DNA of 64,000 bases from a virus. The stretch covers positions 1 through 64,000 of IMG/VR virus record IMGVR_UViG_3300044911_003339. One strand, written 5' to 3'. The notes beneath the pieces were generated by a model. It was not told where the DNA came from. It was given only the letters and a program-made list of their open reading frames with translations, and searched no databases. Positions 1-6,846 of the stretch are shown here, piece after piece. Numbering within the stretch: the first letter of the stretch is position 1; every line of letters starts with the position of its first letter. Both the position numbers and the translations under genes were made by a program.

Positions 1-618
1 AAGGAGCCCGCCAAGGCCCCCGAGAAGCCCGCCAAGCCCGCGAAGGCGGCCAAGGCTGCTCCGGCCCCGAAGAAGGCGGCCAAGGCCCCCGAGAAGCCCG
101 CGAAGGGCAAGGCCGAGGCCAAGCCCACGAAGCCCGCCAAGCCCGCGAAGAAGGCGAAGGGCAAGAAGGCAACGACGAACGGCAGCAAGGCGAAGCTCCC
201 CGCGAGCTACGACCTGACGCCGAATCCCAACGGCAAGGGCTCGGAGTTCGGCGGCAAGGGCTGGCCGACGGTCATCGCGGGCGGGAAGCTGAAGCCGCTC
301 CCGCGCCCGCGTGCTCTCTCGCCCGAGCAGATGAAGGAAGCGCTCGCTCGCGCGAAGATCGGCGCGCCCTTCGATCTGACGGTCGGGATGAAGGTCATCC
401 GTCACCGCCGCAGCGGCGAGGACGTGATCGTCGAGCTTCGGAAGGATGGATTCCACATGGACGGCGAGACCTACCCGTCGCTCACGGCGTGCGCGATGTG
501 GGCGGAGCGCCGCATGCGGTCGGGCAACGACTACTTCTCGGTCGAGGCGCACGACTGCGTGGAGATCAAGGGCAAGGGCGTGCCCGAGGGCAGCTACACG
601 CGCAAGAGCGCCGAGTGA
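1..618 (+). CDS. 5'-truncated histone H1-like (K/A/P-rich) protein with C-terminal DUF2924/RAMA-like domain
   Basis: Frame 1 is open from base 1: KEPAKAPEKPAKPAKAAK... repeats, then VELRKDGFHMDGETYPSLTACA..SGNDYF resembling the DUF2924/RAMA pattern (V..dGf...G..y.SLsa.A...nG..fF). Confidence 0.6.
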   Translation, partial: KEPAKAPEKPAKPAKAAKAAPAPKKAAKAPEKPAKGKAEAKPTKPAKPAKKAKGKKATTNGSKAKLPASYDLTPNPNGKGSEFGGKGWPTVIAGGKLKPLPRPRALSPEQMKEALARAKIGAPFDLTVGMKVIRHRRSGEDVIVELRKDGFHMDGETYPSLTACAMWAERRMRSGNDYFSVEAHDCVEIKGKGVPEGSYTRKSAE

Positions 619-633
619 TCGGCACGTGAACAG

Positions 634-666
634 GGCCACCTCGACTTCGGTCGGGGTGGCCTTTTT
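634..666 (+). terminator. Rho-independent terminator
   Basis: GGCCACCTCGAC-TTCG-GTCGGGGTGGCC stem with UUCG loop followed by TTTTT. Confidence 0.85.
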
Positions 667-680
667 CATTCCGTCCGCGT

Positions 681-690
681 AATCGGGTAA
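681..690 (+). promoter_or_regulatory. AATCGKGTAR motif copy (AATCGGGTAA)
   Basis: 9 nt before ATG 700, no SD; directly after a terminator. Confidence 0.75.
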
Positions 691-699
691 TGTCCTGGC

Positions 700-957
700 A
701 TGAAGGGCTGGAGCATCAACATCCACAGGCCAGACGACACGCGCGAGGTCGAGCGCGAGCAGCCCCCCGTGCTCGTGCTCGACGGCGGCGAGATCGTGTT
801 CGAGGTGTGGTTCTGGCACGCGCGCAGCGCTCGCTGGTTCGTGATGACGTGGCAGGACGACCCGAGCTTCGCAGCGCGAGGCATCGTCGCCTTCCGGCCC
901 ACGGACGTACCGTCGGCGCTTCGTGAACGCGTGGCCGCTCTCAGGAGCGCGGCGTAG
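700..957 (+). CDS. hypothetical protein
   Basis: ORF between motif and polymerase; stop overlaps polymerase start. Confidence 0.7.
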   Translation: MKGWSINIHRPDDTREVEREQPPVLVLDGGEIVFEVWFWHARSARWFVMTWQDDPSFAARGIVAFRPTDVPSALRERVAALRSAA

Positions 958-3185
958 TGGCCGAGCAAATGATCTTCGGAGGTGCGGACTTCGATCCGCA
1001 CCCGTGGCGCGACTCCGAGGAGATCCGCCTTCGTTCAGGCAGAGTGATTACGCTGCGCATGGTGCTCGTCCAGGACGAGAGCGCGCTGCGTGCGATGGAG
1101 ACCATCGCGTCCGTGCTTCCGTGGATCGCCTACGACTCGGAGACCAGCGGGCTCTTCCCGTGGCTCGGAGCGCGAATCTGCGGTCACGCGCTGGCCGGAT
1201 GGATCGACGCGAGGACGATGATCGCGTGGTACGTGCCCGTGCGTCACGTGGGGGCGATCAACTCGCAAGAGCGCCAGCTTGATCCGGCTGTCGTTGCTCC
1301 GGTGATCGATCGGATTCTGCGAAGCCCCGGACGCTGCGCGCTGCACCACGCGAAGTTCGACTGGTCCCAGCTTCGCGCCGATGGCGTCTCGTGGTCGAGC
1401 ATGCTCGTGCATGAGCGGGGTGGAATCGACTGCCGCGACTTCGACGACATCTCGCTCATGGCGTGCATCGCCGACGAGAACGAGCGCAGCTTCGCGCTGA
1501 AGACGCTGGGTCAGAAGTACATCACCGATCACGCTGCTGACGAGCAACACGTGGTCGTGGACTGGATGAAGGCCGACGCGAAATCGCTCGGCATGAAGTA
1601 CAAGCAGCGTGGCCGATCGGCGAAGGCCGACGAGGGAACGCTCGACGAAGCAGACGAGTCCGAAGAGGTCACCTACCTTCAGCGCTACGGGCACTCGCGC
1701 GTACCGCTGAAGCTGGAGGGGCGCTACGCGTGCCACGACGTGTTCCTCACGCTCGCGCTTCAGGAGCACTACCAATGGATTCGCTCTCGGTACGGACGCG
1801 TCTACGATCGCGAGCGCGCCATCGAGTGCGAGCTACACGAAATGGAGTGGAACGGGCTGCTCGCGGTGCCCGAGGAGATCCACAAGACGCACGACCTCAT
1901 GAAGCGCGAGGTCGCGCACTGGATCACGCGTGTGCGCTCGCTGATCGGAATCGACGATTGGAGCGCGACCGACGAGGAGATGCGCAAGCTCTTCTATGAG
2001 ACGTGGGGCTGTGAGGTCCCGAAGGAGAGCGAGGGCGGCAAGAAGAGCGTGGACAAGGAGACGCGCGCGGTGCTCGCGAGGAAGCACCCCGAGCGCGCGC
2101 CCGTGCTCATCGCGATCGATCGTCTCGCGAAGGCGCGCAAGCTGCGCTCGACCTACGCGAGCGGATTCCTGCGCTACGTCACGCCGTCGAATCGCATTCA
2201 CCCGACCTACAACCAACTGGAGGGGCGAGACGAGGGAGGATTCCCAGTCACCGGCCGCCTCTCGTCGTCGGACCCGAACATCCAGAACGTCGCGAAGAAG
2301 CCCTTCCACACGTTCGAGTGCGGCTGCAAGGCGTGCGTCGAGGAGTTCGGCAACGCGCCCGGTCCGAAGAAGACGATCAGCATCCGCCGCTACTTCGCGG
2401 TGCCGAAGGGATTCGTCCGCGCGTACATCGACTACTCGCAGATCGAGCTTCGCATCCTCGCGTGGTACTCCCAGGACCCGAAGCTCCTGGAGTGCTACGC
2501 GCAGAATCTCGACGTGCACGCGATGGTCGCCGACAACGTGACCGACGGCGATCGCGACATCGCGAAGCAGGTCAACTTCGGCAACTCGTATGGCATGACC
2601 GCGATCGGCCTCGCGCGCCGCGTCGTGTGGACCGACCCCGTGACGGGGAAGAAGAAGCGCTACTACGACGACCCCGAAGAGGCGATTCGTCGCGCCGAGA
2701 AGATCCTGGAGGCGTACTTCCAGTGGCTCACCGGAATCCCGATCTTCCGCGCGAACATGTCGATGGGCATGCGGAAGAACGGCTGCATGTTCGAGAACCC
2801 CTTCGGTCGTCCGCGGCGCATCCCCGAGATCGCGTGGAGCGGCGGAGCGAGGAATCGCGCCGAGCGGCAGATGATGTCGAGCATCATCTCCGGGACCGCG
2901 GCCGACTTGATGAAGGAGGGCCTCCTTCGCGTCGCTCGCTACCTCCGGCAGACGGGCGCGGGCATCCTTCGGCAGTCGATCCACGACGAGCTTGTGATCG
3001 ACCTCGTGATGAGGCCGGGCTGGGCGCAGCACCTCCGCAAGCTGCGTGACCTCATGATCGATTTCCCCATGTTCCCCCGCGGCGGAGTCCCCGTGCTCGC
3101 TTCAGCGGCGATCACGACGACGACGTGGGAGGAAAAGCGCGAGATCGAGCTTCTGGACGACGGTTCGTTCAAGCTCGCCGCGTAA
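957..3185 (+). CDS. polA: DNA polymerase family A with 3'-5' exonuclease
   Basis: ExoI YDSETSG, ExoII HHAKFD, ExoIII YACHD; TGRLSSSDPNIQN; motif A DYSQIELR; motif B KQVNFGNSYG; motif C IHDEL. Confidence 0.97.
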   Translation: MAEQMIFGGADFDPHPWRDSEEIRLRSGRVITLRMVLVQDESALRAMETIASVLPWIAYDSETSGLFPWLGARICGHALAGWIDARTMIAWYVPVRHVGAINSQERQLDPAVVAPVIDRILRSPGRCALHHAKFDWSQLRADGVSWSSMLVHERGGIDCRDFDDISLMACIADENERSFALKTLGQKYITDHAADEQHVVVDWMKADAKSLGMKYKQRGRSAKADEGTLDEADESEEVTYLQRYGHSRVPLKLEGRYACHDVFLTLALQEHYQWIRSRYGRVYDRERAIECELHEMEWNGLLAVPEEIHKTHDLMKREVAHWITRVRSLIGIDDWSATDEEMRKLFYETWGCEVPKESEGGKKSVDKETRAVLARKHPERAPVLIAIDRLAKARKLRSTYASGFLRYVTPSNRIHPTYNQLEGRDEGGFPVTGRLSSSDPNIQNVAKKPFHTFECGCKACVEEFGNAPGPKKTISIRRYFAVPKGFVRAYIDYSQIELRILAWYSQDPKLLECYAQNLDVHAMVADNVTDGDRDIAKQVNFGNSYGMTAIGLARRVVWTDPVTGKKKRYYDDPEEAIRRAEKILEAYFQWLTGIPIFRANMSMGMRKNGCMFENPFGRPRRIPEIAWSGGARNRAERQMMSSIISGTAADLMKEGLLRVARYLRQTGAGILRQSIHDELVIDLVMRPGWAQHLRKLRDLMIDFPMFPRGGVPVLASAAITTTTWEEKREIELLDDGSFKLAA

Positions 3186-3193
3186 TCGTGTAA
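3184..3193 (+). promoter_or_regulatory. AATCGTGTAA motif copy
   Basis: Overlaps polA TAA stop; 10 nt before AGGAGG SD of gene at 3217. Confidence 0.75.
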
Positions 3194-3216
3194 GAGAGGG
3201 TCTAGGAGGTCGCAGA

Positions 3217-3861
3217 ATGAGCAACCACGTCCGTGCGGCGGAGATCGTCCGTCGCCTGAAGCTGTCCATGCCGGTGCATCTCACGATGTCCGATCCGTTC
3301 ACGGGACAGCCCTACACGCTCGCGAAGGAGAACCTGCTCTCGCTGCTCGCGCTCGACGTGACCCGGCTCACGTTCGAGGGGCAGGTGGTGCCGGCGCTCC
3401 ACGCGGAGATCGCCCGAGCGCAGCGCGCGTGCGAGGGCGAAGCGATCAAGGCCGAGGTCGCCTACCGCAAGTGGAAGGCGCAGATCGCAGCGCAGACCCG
3501 CGCGCAGGACGGCCGCGTGACCGAGAAGATGGTCGAGGAATCGTACCGTCAGCGCGCGGAGTACGAGACCATGAGCGAAGCGCCCGAGCGCTGGAACCTT
3601 CTCGCTCGCCTCTTCGGCGACCTGAAGGATTCGGTGCGTCTGAAGGGCGAGATGATCAAGGCGCAGGAGCGCTCGCTCGACGCCGCGGCTCGCACCGAGC
3701 CGAGTGAGACGCTCGACCGCCTGGAGGAGTACGCACGCGAGAGCCTCGCGAGCGCCGCGCCGTCCTGGCAGCACATCGTCCCGAAGGACCCGCCCACACC
3801 CCCGCCCGCAGTCGTCGAAGAGCAGAAGTCGCGCGGTCGCAAGCCGCGAAAGGAGACGTGA
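3217..3861 (+). CDS. UvsY-like recombination mediator (putative)
   Basis: Helical coiled coil with RVTEKMVEESY...EY pattern; located between polymerase, SSB and RecA. Confidence 0.5.
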   Translation: MSNHVRAAEIVRRLKLSMPVHLTMSDPFTGQPYTLAKENLLSLLALDVTRLTFEGQVVPALHAEIARAQRACEGEAIKAEVAYRKWKAQIAAQTRAQDGRVTEKMVEESYRQRAEYETMSEAPERWNLLARLFGDLKDSVRLKGEMIKAQERSLDAAARTEPSETLDRLEEYARESLASAAPSWQHIVPKDPPTPPPAVVEEQKSRGRKPRKET

Positions 3862-3865
3862 AGAG

Positions 3866-5470
3866 ATGATTCCCGCAGGATGGCTTCCGAACCCGAACGC
3901 GCCCGGTTGGTTCTACAACCCGGCGAACCCCTCCCAGCAGATGCAGGGACCTCCGCCCGCCCCGACGGGCTACGCGCCGCAGCCCGGAGCCGTCGCGCCC
4001 GGCACGTACCAGCCTCCCGCTGTGGACCTCGCGAGCCTCGCGGGGCTCTACAACGTCCCGACGCAGGAGGCCGCGGAGCGCGAGCGCGAGCGCGCGGAAT
4101 CCGCAGCGTACGGCGGCGGCACGGACGACTACATCTTCATCGACTTCGAAGAGAAGCTGAACAAGGTGGGCGAGGAGACCTCGCTTCTGCTTCGGCTGCT
4201 CCCCGCGCCCGCGATCATCGACCCCGCGACGGGACGCACGAAGGACGCGTGGTGCCCCGTGCTGCGTCATCGCGTCTACGCGAATCTTCTCCCCAACCCG
4301 CCGCAGGGGAAGGAAGTCGTGTGGATCGACTGCTTCGAGAACGAGGGCGGCCCGAAGGACTGCCCGCTCGACGCGCTGCTCGCAGAGGCGTCGGCGTCGA
4401 GCAACGAGGAGGCGCAGAAGTTCTGCTCGACGATGAAGCCTCGTCAGCGAATCTACTACCAGGCGCTCAACCTGAACGACATCGCGAGCCACTGGGTCCA
4501 GGAGAAGGACACCGCGGGCAACCCGGTGATCGATCCCCTGACGGGGCAGCCGAAGTGGAAGATGATTCCCGGCATCGTCGCCGTCGGCCCGACCGCACAC
4601 ACCGACGTGCTCGGTCTCTTCCGCCACAAGGGCAACCCCTTCAATCCGCTCGCGGAGGGATTCCCGATCAAGCTCGTCAAGACGAAGACGGGCACGAACC
4701 AGATGGACGTGGAGTACAAGGTCTACGACATGGAGCGCTCCGCGATCTCCGGCCAGGACGCGCACGTGTTCAAGTCGCTGATCGACTTCCACAAGTCGGG
4801 CGTCGTCTTCTTCCGCAAGCGTGAGGAACTGGAGGCGATCGCGGACAAGGTGCGCTCACGCTTCGGGCTGCGTCGCGGAGCCCCCGCGCCGACGGCCCCG
4901 ACCTACCCCGCGCCGACGGGTCACGGCGGTCCTCCGCCCGCCCCCTACACGGCCGCGCGCCCCGAGCCCGCGCTTCCGCCTCCCGCGCCCGCGTCGGCCG
5001 GTCTCCAGCCCGGATGGGAGCCGCATCCCAACTACCCGACGCACGCGTGGAATCGCACCACGAACGCCGTGGTGCCCATCGAGCAGGTGCGCGCCGCGCC
5101 CCCGCCTCCCCCGCCGCAGGCAGCGCCCCCGCCGCCTCCCCCGCAGGCAGCGCCGCCCCCGCCCCCGCAGCAGGCCGCGCTGCCCGCGGGCTACGGACTG
5201 CCGCCCGCCGTGGCTCCTGGGCTGCCCCAGGGCGCTCCTCCCCCGCCTCCGGGGTACGGCGCGCCCCCGCCGCCTCCGGGCCACGCAGCCCCGCCCGCGC
5301 CCCAGGGAGCGCCCCCGCCGCCTCCGGGCCACGGCGCTCCCCCGCCGCCTCCGGGCATGCCGCCCGGTCTCGCACCGAACCTCGCAGCGCCCGCGGGCGG
5401 TGCGGTCATGACGCCCGAGCAGTTGGAGGCGATGCTCGCCTCCGGCCGCATCCCCGGCGTCCCGTTCTGA
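3866..5470 (+). CDS. gp32-like ssDNA-binding protein with long Pro-rich tail
   Basis: LRLLP, CPLD, KPRQRIYYQAL, GFPIKLVKTKTG..VEYKV core; context beside RecA; C-terminal PF; start reassigned to ATG 3866. Confidence 0.7.
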   Translation: MIPAGWLPNPNAPGWFYNPANPSQQMQGPPPAPTGYAPQPGAVAPGTYQPPAVDLASLAGLYNVPTQEAAERERERAESAAYGGGTDDYIFIDFEEKLNKVGEETSLLLRLLPAPAIIDPATGRTKDAWCPVLRHRVYANLLPNPPQGKEVVWIDCFENEGGPKDCPLDALLAEASASSNEEAQKFCSTMKPRQRIYYQALNLNDIASHWVQEKDTAGNPVIDPLTGQPKWKMIPGIVAVGPTAHTDVLGLFRHKGNPFNPLAEGFPIKLVKTKTGTNQMDVEYKVYDMERSAISGQDAHVFKSLIDFHKSGVVFFRKREELEAIADKVRSRFGLRRGAPAPTAPTYPAPTGHGGPPPAPYTAARPEPALPPPAPASAGLQPGWEPHPNYPTHAWNRTTNAVVPIEQVRAAPPPPPPQAAPPPPPPQAAPPPPPQQAALPAGYGLPPAVAPGLPQGAPPPPPGYGAPPPPPGHAAPPAPQGAPPPPPGHGAPPPPPGMPPGLAPNLAAPAGGAVMTPEQLEAMLASGRIPGVPF

Positions 5471-5479
5471 TCTTCACGG

Positions 5480-5697
5480 TCCAGCCCTCGGGGTGTGAAA
5501 GCCCCTCGATCCCGTGGTCACACGGCTGGAAAGCGACCCCCTGATTGCGCTGGGGTAAGCGGGCAACGTCAAGCCCGTAGCGCAAGAGACGTGACAGCCG
5601 GGAGAGACCGGCACTTCTCCTCGTTCGTGTGCTGCGCTCGTTCACCGGAGACGCCTCGGCCGATGCCAGTGGGCGAGCACAGCACAGGGCCGAGGAG
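5480..5697 (+). ncRNA. candidate structured RNA / recA leader
   Basis: About 240-nt gap in otherwise gapless DNA, filled by successive stems (5480-5486/5524-5530; 5545-5551/5579-5585; 5597-5601/5608-5612; 5617-5697). Confidence 0.45.
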
Positions 5698-5712
5698 CCC
5701 GCTGGAGGAATC

Positions 5713-6846
5713 GTGAAGCAACGCAAGCCGCGCAAGGTCGAGGACGAGAAGGCACCGAAGCCTCCGAAGAAGGAGGTCGATCGCAAGAAGTCGTCGGTCG
5801 ATACGAGCGATTACCTGAAGCTGCTCAACGACGTGGACGAGAGCGACTTCCTCACGCTCGCCGATCCTGGAATCGACGCGACCGTCACCGACTTCATCCC
5901 GACCGGCTCGATCGCCATCGACCGCTTGATCGGTGGAGGCTGGCCGGTCGGTCGCATCTCCGAGGTCGCCGCGTGGGAGGCCGTCGGGAAGAGCACGCTG
6001 CTCGATCAGTCGCTCGCGCAGTGCCAGCGCATCGGCGGAATCTGCGGTCTCGTGGACACCGAGAAGGCACGCGACACGAGCTACACGAGCACGCTCGGCG
6101 TGGACCCCTCGCAGGTGCTCTCTCCCGATCTCGGAGACGACATCACGATCGAGGGTGCGTTCAACGCGATCGATCGACTGCTCGACGTGCAAGCGAAGAT
6201 CGCCGCGCAGATGAAGAAGGGCATGCCGCCCCCGCCCATGCTCATCGTGTGGGATTCGGTCGCGGGCTGCCCCACGCGCGCGGAGCGCGATGGTTCGTCC
6301 GATTCCAAGCACGTCATGGCCGCGGCGCGAACGATCAAGATGAACCTGCGTCGCATGACCGCGCGCCTCCCGATCCTCCGCACGGCGCTCGTGTTCTCGA
6401 ATCACTTCTACGAGGCTCCGCAGGCGCTCGCGCACGGCCCCTCGCTGAAGACCTACGGCGGCAGCGGCATCCGCTACTTCTCCTCGCTCCGTCTCTGGCT
6501 CACGCGCATCGGCAACCTCACCGCTGGCGATTCGATCGTCGGTCACATCGTCGAGGCGAAGCTGAAGAAGACGCGAATCCAAAGGCCGCGTCCGCCAGCA
6601 CACACCGGCCTCGTGTACGGCGCGGGCTTCGACAACTCCTACACGCTGTTCGAGTGGGGCAAGACCCACGGCGTCGGCGGCGAACACAAGTGGATCGCGC
6701 AGCGTGGCTCGTGGAGCTACCTCATGATGCCCGACGGAGAGTACAAGGCGTTCCAGTCTGGATTCCGTGGCTTCGGAGAGCACCTCCGAGAGAATCCTGC
6801 TCTCTACGAGCAGATGGCCGCGCAGTATCTCTCGGAGGCAACGTGA
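5713..6846 (+). CDS. recA: RecA/UvsX recombinase
   Basis: IPTGSIAIDRLIGGGWPVGRISE, Walker A AWEAVGKST, DTEKA, Walker B LIVWDSVA, YGGSGIRYFSSLRL; GGAGG before GTG 5713. Confidence 0.95.
   Translation: MKQRKPRKVEDEKAPKPPKKEVDRKKSSVDTSDYLKLLNDVDESDFLTLADPGIDATVTDFIPTGSIAIDRLIGGGWPVGRISEVAAWEAVGKSTLLDQSLAQCQRIGGICGLVDTEKARDTSYTSTLGVDPSQVLSPDLGDDITIEGAFNAIDRLLDVQAKIAAQMKKGMPPPPMLIVWDSVAGCPTRAERDGSSDSKHVMAAARTIKMNLRRMTARLPILRTALVFSNHFYEAPQALAHGPSLKTYGGSGIRYFSSLRLWLTRIGNLTAGDSIVGHIVEAKLKKTRIQRPRPPAHTGLVYGAGFDNSYTLFEWGKTHGVGGEHKWIAQRGSWSYLMMPDGEYKAFQSGFRGFGEHLRENPALYEQMAAQYLSEAT

Noticed and set aside
5090-5360. Tandem C-rich repeats as CRISPR or mobile repeat
   Set aside because: They encode the polyproline tail of the SSB; no repeat-spacer structure.
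5480-5697. tRNA, group I/II intron or known riboswitch
   Set aside because: No TTCGA T-loop cloverleaf or CCA end, no domain V or P7 consensus, no recognisable aptamer; kept only as an unclassified structured RNA.
3704-6842. Upstream starts given in the ORF track (3704, 5629, 5973)
   Set aside because: They overlap upstream genes or structured RNA; SD and coupling support 3866, 5713 and 6843.
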